From the NCBI GenBank assembly GCA_964019335.1, contig OZ025740.1, forward strand, positions 248,001 to 312,000: a stretch of 64,000 bases of DNA, written 5' to 3'. The number at the start of each line of letters is the position of its first letter. Position 1 is the stretch's first letter. The position numbers and the translations under genes are program-made. This DNA comes from Diplonema japonicum (Eukaryota; Protista; Euglenozoa: Diplonemea). Below are positions 22,777 to 33,041 of the stretch, in pieces. A model generated the notes under the pieces. It saw only the letters and a program-made list of their open reading frames with translations, was not told where the DNA came from and did no database searches.

Positions 22777-24379
22777 CCACAAAAGGTCCCCAGAAACCCC
22801 CATGGGTCTCAATGGCTACCTTACACGCGTCGGGGCTCGAGCGGCCTCTATTGGGAGAGAAGAGAGATTTCTCGATCTCTTTCATAGTGTCGTGCATCTG
22901 TTTGAACAGCCCCTGCTGCTCCTTCGCAATATTATTCCTCTCTGAAGGGTCGTTGATGATGTTGAATAAACACCCAGTGGCGGAGATCCCACCGCAATGA
23001 TGCGTAGTCTTACTAGGGTCCCACACCGTGCTCGAGTTGGGGTAGATGGGCCCCGTCCAACCTGCCTGCGAGAAGGTACCGACGAGGATTTTGTAATCTC
23101 CTTTAATCAAACCCAAAACCTCTGTGTCTTGTTGCGTGAAAGGCCCGTCTGAGTTGTACGAAACACCGCCCAATGGTATCTGGGTGCGTTGTGAGATAGT
23201 AGTCTGCCCGGAAATATAAGGCCAGACGTTGATGGAATCTATAGGAGGCAGCCCTGCTTTTTTCGCGCGTTCATCTTCTGGATCAACACCAGCAAGATAG
23301 GCAAGAGTGGCGTACCAGTCCCACGACGCAACATACCCTTGCAGTTTCAGCCCGGCTCGAGACGGTTCAAGGAGTCCCCCTGACACGAACGCGGGTACTC
23401 TGATCCCGCCTTCCCAGCTGGACATCTTCCCGCCCTTCAACGGGTAGTTGTTCCCCCCGCCATCTATGTATATCGGCCCACCGTTATCGCTGTGAACTAT
23501 GACCAGGGTGTCGTCCCACAATTTTTCGGAGATCAAAGCAGCGGTCACATTTCCTACTGCCTCGTCGATGTAATATACAAGTGCATGGTACGCCCTGCGG
23601 GTGGTGTCGTTGATGTTTTTAAAACGTTGTAGGTAGTAGTCCGGGACCTCCAAAGGCTGGTGTGCTACATGAGGAGACCAGTGGATGTAGAAGGGAGCGT
23701 CGGCCGAGCTATTCAATATTGCCTTCTCGACTAGTTTTGTAAATAGAGCGTCTTCATGAACGCACCCGGGGGATTGGTTCTCCTGAGAGCAGTTCTGTGA
23801 GTTGTTCAGTCCTTCTCCAGTATGGTCGTCCTGCCATAAATCGACTATTGTCCGCATTCCGTCACACACCCCTGCGGTTGTGTTCCAGTAATCGTTCTTT
23901 TCGTGGAAATAGACCACGCTGTGGTCGTACCCACGGCCTGCTGGTGTGTGGTCGTGGGTTGCCATGCCAGCGTTCCATTTTCCATAGATGTGTGTTGTGT
24001 AGTTGGCTTGTTTAAGGACGTCTGCTATTGAAGTCATGTTTCGAGGGATTCCGGTATATCCTGACATTGGGTCGTTCTTGTTGGTCCAGGTGGGGCTCAG
24101 GTTGAGCACATTGACGTGAATGGGATTTCTGCCAGTTTGTATGGCACATCGTGATGGGCTGCAGTATTGGAAGGAGTAGTGTCGGTCGAGTTCGATGCCC
24201 GTCTTGACCAGGCTGTCCATTACTGGTGTTTGGATGTCGGTGTAGTTGTTGTCGCGGTGCCATCCGGCGTCCGCCCACCCGAAGTCGTCTAGGACAATGT
24301 GCAGAATGTTCGGTCTGCTGCCGTTCATCCTCACCAACGGTGAGGATATTATCGCCGCCGTTACCATGACTTTTAACAT
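22772..24379 (-). CDS. Arylsulfatase B-like S1 sulfatase
   Basis: PNILHIVLDDFGWAD, CSPSR, GKWNAG, SDNGG, NNYPLKGGKMSSWEGGIR. ATG at 24379. Confidence 0.95.
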
Positions 24380-24516
24380 TTTTTTTTCTTCCCCCCCCCC
24401 GCCTCCGCCCCCCCCCCCTGCCTTCCCCCTCACACTGAAAGGTGTGTTCAAAAGCAAAAAAAAAAAAAAAAAAAAAAAAAATAATAATAATAATAATAAT
24501 AATAAAAAAGTAGAAG

Positions 24517-24548
<32 letters not shown>

Positions 24549-25040
24549 ACATCAACAATACCCGGACGTAGATTGAACATTGTTCTTTCTTTCTTTTTTC
24601 TTTTTTTTTTTTGTTGTTGTTGTCTCAATTCTGGGGGAAGAAAAAGAAGTGTATTAGAAAAAAGAAAAAAAGAGGGGGGGGAGAAACAGCATGGGCTTCT
24701 TCAGTGTAAAAAAAAGGGGGGGGGGGAAAGGTATCAGATCGAGAAAATGAAGAATCTTTTCACCCCCCCGTAGTGTAATAAAAAAATAGAAAAAAAAGGG
24801 GGGGGAGAACGGGAGTTCGTTTTTCTTCTTTTTTTTTTTTTTCGAGGAGCGTTACTTCAGGGAGAAATTCACACTAAACAAATAGCTAGCGGGGAATCGC
24901 AACAATACATACTTCAAAGAGAGACACCAGCAATTTAGAAAGAAAAAAAAGGGGGGGAGGGGTGCAAAGATAGGTGTCTTCGTGAGTGAGGGGAGGAACC
25001 CAGAGACACTTCAAACCCCTCTCCATCTTGTTTCCCTCAC

Positions 25041-25078
<38 letters not shown>

Positions 25079-25944
25079 AGGAAGGGGAGATAGCAGTAGT
25101 TTACCAAAATCAAAAAATTGTGAAGTCATAATCTTAAAGAAAATGGAAACTGGCTCATATTTTTTGGCGGTAAGTAAGTCCCCCCCCCCACACCCTTAGT
25201 CACTCCCCTACCCTAGATACGAATTAATCAGGCGTTGACGGCTTAGAATTCGCAAAAGCGGGAAAGGGGGCTTGTTCAAATGTCCTACCTTGTAGCTGCG
25301 AGGAAACCTGAAGGAACTCACTACGAGAAAAAAAAAGGGAGTGAACGGGGCAAGTTTCGCCTGTGGTGGCTGAGAAGGCCCCTTCCAGGGAAAAAAAAAT
25401 TTTAAAAAAAAAGAATATAAAAAAAAAAATAGCTGCCGGTATTTTATTCACAACGAAATAAATATGAAAAAAAAAAAAAAAAAAAGAAAAAAAATATTTT
25501 TAATGGCACTCCAAGTGAATTTTGTTTTCTTGGAAGTTCTGGAGCGCCACGTGGGTGTAGGTAGCTTTCTTGGCTCCCCTTTTGTTTAGACAAATAAAAG
25601 ACTCTCGTTCTTGCAAAAAAAAAAAAGAAAAGAAAAAAAAAAAAAAGATTATAGCCGACTGTGCACCAACAAAGCATATCGAGTCCCCCCCTTTTTTTAA
25701 ACGGGTGATGGTAAGGACGAATGAGAAGAGGCAAGCAAGAAAAAAAAAAAAAAAATAGCAGTAACATTTTATCTCCAAAACCGTCAAGAAAAAAAAAGAA
25801 AAAAAAACTCAGCCCCGAAAAAATAAAACTCTTGACCATAATTTTTAATCGGCTAAGAAACACCCTTTCCCCCGAGCTTTTGCGATTTTGCGGTATTAGA
25901 GCAGGCGTAGTGTAAGGAAAAAAAAAATAAGTTTGCGGTCCTGA

Positions 25945-25980
<36 letters not shown>

Positions 25981-26205
25981 GGAAAAAAAAAAAAAAAAAA
26001 AAAAAAGGATGCATTAAGCACACACAAGTTTGTGGGATGGCCCTTTTGAAAAAAGATAAAAAGGAGAAAAAGAAAAGAAAGGAATAAATAGAGAGAGAAA
26101 AAAAAGAGAATTCCTTTCTGTTTTTTTTAGAAATGTCACAGTCTCTAACTACTGTTGTAGAAAGGAAACGAGAAAAGATCTTTAACACGGCATGCAAAAA
26201 AAAAA

Positions 26206-26236
<31 letters not shown>

Positions 26237-26544
26237 GAGAAAAAAAAAAAAAAAAAGAGGGGGAGGGGAACTCAGTAATTTGATCCCCTTCTCTCCCCAC
26301 CGCTACCCCCGCCCCCCTAGACCGGTGAAATCTTCCCTTGGTCCGAGAGGCAAATCTTTTGAAAGAAAGCAAAACTTGCCCTTCAAAAGGTCTTGCATTT
26401 AAATCACCAGTGATCGGCATCCGCAACTACACGAAAGGCGCTAGTCGTTGTGTTGCTGTAGGAATTCCACAAGAAAAAAAAAAAAAAAAATGGGGCTTTG
26501 GTTGCAACACTATTTGGCGTTAAGTGTGCAGCGTGGTGGGGGGT

Positions 26545-29500
26545 CTATCTTGTGTTGTTACCCTTCTGCGTCGCTGCATTTTTATCGGCAGATGGGGTGG
26601 GGATACTTCGGGTAGGTTCGAGGTAGGTCGGCACGAACTTGTCGCTCCAGTCGTCTCTCCCCGGTGAACCGGTTGCGAGTCGCTGTTCGAGGATGAAGCG
26701 CACCTTGTCGTACGATGCGAATGTGGGTCTGCAGGTATACCCTCGGATCCGTTTGTTTGCACCAATGGATCGGAGGGAGGATGTCAAGAAAGGTTTCCCG
26801 GGGATAGGAGGGGGTCGTGCTTTCTTTTCGGCCACCTCTGACAGTTTTGTCAGAACTTTAGCTAGCCGGTTTGCACGCTTACGTACGTCAGCCGTATCTT
26901 CCAAGATGAGCTGTTTGGTCGTGGCCTCAAAGTCGAGTGCGAGCTCTATCCTTGAGACTGAACCATGTGGGCTCCACTGCAGCATGCGAAGCCATTTGAG
27001 CACTTCTGGGACAATCGTATCCCCTTGGAAGTGTTTCAGTCCGTTGTTCTTGTACCAATCCAGGCTTGGCACCGAGCACCCTCTTCCAACCAGCGGTCTG
27101 TTCCAAGGGAACCTTTCTACCGCGGCCTTCTTCGTTTCCTGCTTCGCGCTCACTCTCCTGATGATCGCAAGCAGCATCTGTTGTATTACCTCTGGCCGTT
27201 CCGTCTTACATTCCAGAGGGATGATGCCGTGTAGTGCAAGGCAGCGTGTGATCCCCTCTTGCCTGTATGCATGCATTGCAGGGGCGAACTCAGGTGCACC
27301 GCGTACCTCTTCGTGTGCCTTGCATTTCCAGAACGTGTGTATGGTGTACTCGTCTTGCGTGGTGAAGAGCGCCTCACACCCAATACATTGTACCTCTGGT
27401 TCGACGATCGGGTAGCTGCGGAACATGGCACCCGTGATCATCCTCAAGCCAAGTCGTTCCTCTTGCACGGACCTGGCACTCTTCCACACCTCGTTAGTGC
27501 GGACTTCGTCAATTGCGCGGCCGACACCAATAAAGGAGGGTCTGCCTTTGGCAACTGCGTTCCTTCTGATCGCTTTCGTCACTCGCCGTATCTCATGACC
27601 TCTGGCAGCTTTATGCACGCCCAAGAGGGCCCTGGCCCAAGGCCATCCGAGCTTGGCTGGTTCCAGAAGACGCAGGAGTGTTCCTATGGGACCAGCGGAC
27701 CTCATATTCTTCGTGTACTTCTTCCGGATCTTTCTTGCACGCTTTCGTATTCTTCGATTTTCCGCTAGCCTCAGGACGGTGCCCGCCGTCTTGTAGGCAA
27801 AGGCAGCAAGAGGGTCGTGTGTGTGGCCCGGTAGTGCGATGTTCAAGAGCGCGCCCGATGAGCGCGTGGTGTTGTACGGACCCCACAGACAATCTGTTAC
27901 AGCGATCCTAAGGGCGTCGATCTTCGCGTTTGACGGTGGGGCATATGGCGCACCGTATAAGGCAGCGGGTAGAATAGATTGGCTCACGATGAGGGCTTTC
28001 TTTGTAAAGGGTAGTTGTAACGCGGCCAGTCTCTTGGCTGTCTCGACCGCTTTCTCCACCCTCTTGTTGTCAGCCCTACCTTTCCTTTCCATTGACAGAG
28101 TGACTCCAAGGATCTTCACCTTCTTCTTCGTAGCAAACGTAAATCCACCCTGTCGTAGAGTTGACGTATACTTCTTCACGGTGCTGAAAGCAAGCGTCTT
28201 CTCGTGGTTCAGAGCCATCCCTGTGATTTTACAGAACTCGGATACTCTATCAACAGCTCGCTGTACGTGTCGTTCTGACTTCCTGCTGTACATCGTCACA
28301 TCATCGGCGTATGAGGTAGTTTTTGCCTTCGTCAAGTGTCCGATTTCTTTGACCATGATCGACAGCAGTGCGTTGATCAGAACGGCCGACAGCGGGCACC
28401 CCTGGAGGATTCCATTGTCCACGTGTAGCACCTCGCCTACCCCAAGCGGTAGTTTTAGTCGGCGTTGCAGATTCTCATACACGTATCGCATCGGACGGGT
28501 GATGGATACGCTCAGGCCAAGGTCCTCTACTAACGAAAGGGCAATCTCCTGCGGAACTCGATCAAAGCACTTTTGGAAGTCCAGCGCTAAGCCATACAGT
28601 GGCCTCCCACCTAGGAGTGCATCCTCTACCATTGTCGATATGTCCATGAGGACATGGTCAGCTCCGTGTTTGGGCCTGAAGCCGTGCATGGTGGGATCGA
28701 TCCATTTCTCCTGCCATTCGAGAACATGTTTGAGTCGGACACAGGCCCACAGGCGGTAAATCACACTGGTGACGGTGATCGGTCGATGGTCAAGCGGTTG
28801 GCCTGTACCATTTTTCGGGAGCATCGAGATCAACGCAGTCATCACAGTGTCGGGCCAACGACCCTGTAGCTCAATAGCATTGAAAAGGTCCGCGAATGAG
28901 CCAAGAACATCGTCCGGCAGACAATGGAGCTCAGCAAAGCGCCACCCGTCAACAGCACACGCAGTCTTCTTCTTCGTTCTCGCGAGGACTACGCGCAAGT
29001 CCTGCACCGTAATCAGAGGACATGTCATTTCGGTGCGTTTGATGAACTGTCCGTAGGTCGCTTTGAATTTCTTGTACGACGGCTTGGTCTCTCCGTTTCC
29101 GAAGAGGCAGAAAACTTTCGCCCAATGCTGCTCCAAGGTCCTCAACATTTCGACTGCGTTAGCGGTGATCTGCCCACTGTCGCGCCGTACGGTTTGCGTG
29201 GTCTTCGTTTCTTGTTCCACCGTACCATCCTTTAAAAATGCCGTCACACGTTTACGGTCCGTGCCAAACTCTTCCGCAGTCCACCTCGCGTACTCCTTGT
29301 TCCGGTGTCTCTTGTTGCGGCTGATTATCTCAGCGTTCGACTTCGCAGCCCTACCCCTAAGCTCAGCCATCGCCGTGTAAATCTCGTCGTTACAAGACCA
29401 ATCTTGGGGGTCGGGTCTCTCAGTCCATAGCTTCAGACGCACTGCAGTGGTGTACACGTTACGTATCTGTGCCCTCATCTCGTGCGACATGCATCCTATC

Positions 29501-30921
29501 GCGGGTGTTTCTTCCATTCGTCGGATCAATGATTTAATCTTCCGCTTAAGGATCGCGACTTGGTTCTCTTTGCAGGTCGCTGCCCCACACCCTTCATGAT
29601 TCGACGGTGCGGAAATCTCCCGAAGCACCGGTTGCCGCAAGTCTCCTCGCCCCCGCTGTGTGAGATCGGCTCCTAGGAGGTCCTCAACAGCGACGGCTAG
29701 GTATCGAATGGCCGAGTTCAGGTTAGTCAGCAGGGTAGTGTTGAAGATTCTGCGGTCGAACAAGCCAGGCGTTCCCGTGATGACGGTGTTCGGACATTTG
29801 AGCTGTCTGGGTACCTTGTACATGGGTACAAGTTGCCGCATGGCTGGTAACTTCAGCGTCACAGTTAGCGCTCGATGCGACGGCACGCCTATGTCTTCAG
29901 TAACACAGGACACAAGCGCTGCAGCAGCTATGGGGTTCATCAGGATGTAGTCGGGTCTTGTGGCTGCAACGGCAGTAACGTAGGTGGGGCTTGGGTCCCT
30001 CCCTTGATGTTTTGCAAACATCGCGGATGCGTCCACCCAGTGCGTGTTAAGCGCATGTTGCAATGTAGGAGATGCATCGATTGTAGTGTTCATATCTCCA
30101 ACTACAATGATCGGGACCTGGCCTAGCGATATCCGCAATCGGTTTAGGATATTGCAAAGTAAGGTTTCGCGAGCAGCGACTCCAGCCTTCGACTTATCAA
30201 CATCGGCGTACAGGTTAACTACGTGTAACCACCTGTTGCCTTCACCCATCGCGTACATTACATGTTGGAATCTCGTCTGCTGTCCAACATCCGGGAGGAC
30301 ATGCTGTTCTATGCAGGTGCCGGGAATACGGTATAATGTGGCGACGCCTCCCCTCTCCGCTAAGGTTGGGGATTCAACACCGTCCAGCATCAGTCCACGT
30401 TGCGGTTTCCCAAATATGACACGCCTCTGCGTCATACCCGGATCCCCCTTCATTGTTGTAGCCACTTGGAATTGTGTCGTAGCCGTCAGCGCCGTCTCCT
30501 GAACACACAGGATATTGGCTGTTACCTTCTTGAGGATGTGGAATGTGTTGTTCCACGAAGTAACGTTAACCGATGTTATCGTCACTGTGTCGCACGTTTT
30601 CGCATCACCTATCGATGTCAAGGGCGGACGCGGAACACTACCTTTCGTGCCTTGAGGTTCTCCCGCTGGAACGTAGAAGTCCTTCCATAATCCTGTCGTC
30701 TTCACCTTGAGGGATATCTTCTTGCATGGCGGGCCAGGGTTGGGGTGCACATCACCATCAGCTAACAGCCTGAGGAGTGCCTCCATCGCGATGTTTGAAT
30801 ATGCATGTTTTTGGTTGCATATTCGGGGAAGGGAGAAGTAGGGGCTCATGCTAAACACTGAAGGGGGGTAGCAGAGCAGGGGAACACTGATTGGGAGGAA
30901 GATCATGATACGGGTCCTCAT
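26545..30921 (-). CDS. LINE ORF2: leader with 2A-like peptide, APE endonuclease, reverse transcriptase, CCHC knuckle
   Basis: APE motifs SVNVT, CVQET, NLYAD, VGDMN, TRPDYIL, SHRAL. RT motifs HRPIT, LDFQKCFD, GILQGCPLS, YADD. CIGC...HTFWKC knuckle. No recognisable RNase H. Confidence 0.95.
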   Translation of the reverse strand: MRTRIMIFLPISVPLLCYPPSVFSMSPYFSLPRICNQKHAYSNIAMEALLRLLADGDVHPNPGPPCKKISLKVKTTGLWKDFYVPAGEPQGTKGSVPRPPLTSIGDAKTCDTVTITSVNVTSWNNTFHILKKVTANILCVQETALTATTQFQVATTMKGDPGMTQRRVIFGKPQRGLMLDGVESPTLAERGGVATLYRIPGTCIEQHVLPDVGQQTRFQHVMYAMGEGNRWLHVVNLYADVDKSKAGVAARETLLCNILNRLRISLGQVPIIVVGDMNTTIDASPTLQHALNTHWVDASAMFAKHQGRDPSPTYVTAVAATRPDYILMNPIAAAALVSCVTEDIGVPSHRALTVTLKLPAMRQLVPMYKVPRQLKCPNTVITGTPGLFDRRIFNTTLLTNLNSAIRYLAVAVEDLLGADLTQRGRGDLRQPVLREISAPSNHEGCGAATCKENQVAILKRKIKSLIRRMEETPAIGCMSHEMRAQIRNVYTTAVRLKLWTERPDPQDWSCNDEIYTAMAELRGRAAKSNAEIISRNKRHRNKEYARWTAEEFGTDRKRVTAFLKDGTVEQETKTTQTVRRDSGQITANAVEMLRTLEQHWAKVFCLFGNGETKPSYKKFKATYGQFIKRTEMTCPLITVQDLRVVLARTKKKTACAVDGWRFAELHCLPDDVLGSFADLFNAIELQGRWPDTVMTALISMLPKNGTGQPLDHRPITVTSVIYRLWACVRLKHVLEWQEKWIDPTMHGFRPKHGADHVLMDISTMVEDALLGGRPLYGLALDFQKCFDRVPQEIALSLVEDLGLSVSITRPMRYVYENLQRRLKLPLGVGEVLHVDNGILQGCPLSAVLINALLSIMVKEIGHLTKAKTTSYADDVTMYSRKSERHVQRAVDRVSEFCKITGMALNHEKTLAFSTVKKYTSTLRQGGFTFATKKKVKILGVTLSMERKGRADNKRVEKAVETAKRLAALQLPFTKKALIVSQSILPAALYGAPYAPPSNAKIDALRIAVTDCLWGPYNTTRSSGALLNIALPGHTHDPLAAFAYKTAGTVLRLAENRRIRKRARKIRKKYTKNMRSAGPIGTLLRLLEPAKLGWPWARALLGVHKAARGHEIRRVTKAIRRNAVAKGRPSFIGVGRAIDEVRTNEVWKSARSVQEERLGLRMITGAMFRSYPIVEPEVQCIGCEALFTTQDEYTIHTFWKCKAHEEVRGAPEFAPAMHAYRQEGITRCLALHGIIPLECKTERPEVIQQMLLAIIRRVSAKQETKKAAVERFPWNRPLVGRGCSVPSLDWYKNNGLKHFQGDTIVPEVLKWLRMLQWSPHGSVSRIELALDFEATTKQLILEDTADVRKRANRLAKVLTKLSEVAEKKARPPPIPGKPFLTSSLRSIGANKRIRGYTCRPTFASYDKVRFILEQRLATGSPGRDDWSDKFVPTYLEPTRSIPTPSADKNAATQKGNNTR

Positions 30922-33041
30922 CTTTGGCGATGTGTGCTCTTCCCTGTTGCACACTTCTGATGTTGTTGTTTTTGTTGATGTTGTTGTAGAAGTTGTTGAG
31001 TTGCGCCTAGCTGTTGCACCATAGGCGCCATTGCCTGCGCGATCAACCTTTGTACCACATCGGTAGCTCCAAGCGGGTCTTGGGTGGGCGGGGTCGGTTC
31101 TGGTTTCTTGGTAGCGGTAACCTGCTGTACGGCCTGCTGCAGTTGCTGGATCTGTTGGACGATGGGTTTCAGTGCCTCTGCGATGATGCCGTTCACCATG
31201 TCCGCCCAGTTCGGTGGTGTAGGCTGCGGGGACGACAACGAAGGTTGTTGGGGTTTCCAGGCGCTCGTCGTGCCACCTTGGAACGTCACAGTCCCGCCGA
31301 TCCCTACACCTTCCTTCTTCGCCTTCGGGTTTTTCGCCTTTGGGTTTTTCGCCTTCGGGTCTCTCGCATTCGGGTTCTTCGCCTTCGCCCCAGCCGTCTT
31401 TTTCGGTCTTTGGTTTACCACAGTCTTCGATGTCACGTCGCCCTTCTCCGCGTCGGTCTCCTCCATCTTGGCGTCCACTCGGCGCTCGTTCTTCTTCCTT
31501 AGCAGTCCGATCCCACCGAACAGCGGCACCTCGAACCCGGGTGGCTCCTTCTGTGCTAGCAGCATCCACCTTTTGGTCGACCCTCTTAGGGATGACCGAG
31601 TCACCTCGACCGTCCACCCCCATGCAGCCAACATCATCTTGAGCTCTGTTGGTCTCATGTCGCGTGGCACCTTCTCCAGATACCAAGCCTCCGTCTGCGG
31701 TGTCGCTAGACCCTTGGCTTCGAGGTTCTTCCGGAGTTCGTTCTCCGCTGTACCCGGCGCCACACGAATACCAACCCGCTGTCGCTGGTCCACCGCAACC
31801 CCAGCGTATTGCTGGTACTTCTGTGCCACCGAGACGGCCATCTCGAGTGTCATACCCTTCTTCAGCCACACCACGCTGTCAGAGGTCTCATCCATCGGCA
31901 GCCTTGCGGTGATCCCGTCCTTGCCACTCCTACCTAGTAGCTCCGGTGCTCTGTTGGATGCCACACAGACCGTGGTCTTCGCGCACTCCGGGTATACCCT
32001 CGGCCTGGAGAGGTCGAAGTCCTTACCTCCAACCCAGGTGGTGAACATTTTGTTGGCCTCATCCAACGAGGACTTCTTGTGTAGCGTGAGATGCACCAGC
32101 GTCGTGCACTTCTTCTTGATGGTTTCCGCCTGTCTTGCCATGGGGGCGAGATCGGACCAACCCATATGTGACATCCAAACTGTCAGTGATGTCGTGCCGG
32201 AGCGGTCTGGAAGGTCAAACGCGACTTGTTGCTTCTTGCCAGGGATCGCTGGTAGCGGTTGGCGGGAGATGAGAGTGAGGTGCTCCGGTTTGTGGTGCGA
32301 CAGGTGCCATTCGCACGCTGCCATGTCTTCCTGCTCGACTAGCATGACACCACAGCAGTTTTCCGTCACACCGATGATGTCTGTAATGATCGGGAATGTC
32401 CAATCCAATTCGCGCAGCTTCAAGTTCGCAAATGTTTTCGGTGGGAGGGGTTCCTTCCCGGCGATCATCTCCGGGAGGGATGCGGTCTCCGGCCGTACCA
32501 GGACTGGGTTGGTCGTCAACAGGCCGTCCGGGCCGTCCGCGTCTTCCTTCTTCAGGGCGTAGTATTCACCCCCGATCTCAGCCAGCCAGCCGACTGGCAC
32601 CCCCTGCGCGTGGCCAATCATCTGTGTAGTGATGACCTCCCCGTCCGTCTTGACGAGCCCAATGGGCGCGCCAATGCGCTCCGCGTAAGCGAGGATGGCG
32701 ACTTCGTCGCCCCTTGCATTCCACTTCCTCAGGCTCGCGACGTAGTCGTCGAGCCTGACGGCAAGGAACCTCGCGTACAGCTCCTTGTTCGACTCCATCA
32801 CCGACGCAACCAACTCGCGGATCGTCGCTTCGGCGCTTACCTCTCCGTGTCTGATAAAGGAGAGACAGCGAAATAGTTGTCCTCCTTGGTTACCGCATGA
32901 ACGCAGGCGGAAACCGTAGCTCCTCACCTGCCCGTCGTACCACTTACGCACCTGATGTGCCCACCCCTTCTCGCTCGTCTCTTCGCGGCCGAAGCCCCCG
33001 GGCGGCGCCTCCGAGGAGGCGGACGAGCCGGGTTTTGTCAT
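30918..33041 (-). CDS. LINE ORF1 with N-terminal OTU-like domain and basic/Gln-rich C-terminus
   Basis: GNQGGQLFRCLS...DDYVASLRKWNARGDEVAILAYA is OTU-like. (KAKNP)n and Q-rich segments follow. Lies directly upstream of ORF2. Confidence 0.8.
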   Translation of the reverse strand: MTKPGSSASSEAPPGGFGREETSEKGWAHQVRKWYDGQVRSYGFRLRSCGNQGGQLFRCLSFIRHGEVSAEATIRELVASVMESNKELYARFLAVRLDDYVASLRKWNARGDEVAILAYAERIGAPIGLVKTDGEVITTQMIGHAQGVPVGWLAEIGGEYYALKKEDADGPDGLLTTNPVLVRPETASLPEMIAGKEPLPPKTFANLKLRELDWTFPIITDIIGVTENCCGVMLVEQEDMAACEWHLSHHKPEHLTLISRQPLPAIPGKKQQVAFDLPDRSGTTSLTVWMSHMGWSDLAPMARQAETIKKKCTTLVHLTLHKKSSLDEANKMFTTWVGGKDFDLSRPRVYPECAKTTVCVASNRAPELLGRSGKDGITARLPMDETSDSVVWLKKGMTLEMAVSVAQKYQQYAGVAVDQRQRVGIRVAPGTAENELRKNLEAKGLATPQTEAWYLEKVPRDMRPTELKMMLAAWGWTVEVTRSSLRGSTKRWMLLAQKEPPGFEVPLFGGIGLLRKKNERRVDAKMEETDAEKGDVTSKTVVNQRPKKTAGAKAKNPNARDPKAKNPKAKNPKAKKEGVGIGGTVTFQGGTTSAWKPQQPSLSSPQPTPPNWADMVNGIIAEALKPIVQQIQQLQQAVQQVTATKKPEPTPPTQDPLGATDVVQRLIAQAMAPMVQQLGATQQLLQQHQQKQQHQKCATGKSTHRQR

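Noticed and set aside
30922-31869. N-terminal 316 aa of the 1774-aa ORF as true ORF2 sequence
   Set aside because: It overlaps ORF1 in another frame and looks like shadow translation; the ATG at the AUGA overlap is the more plausible start.
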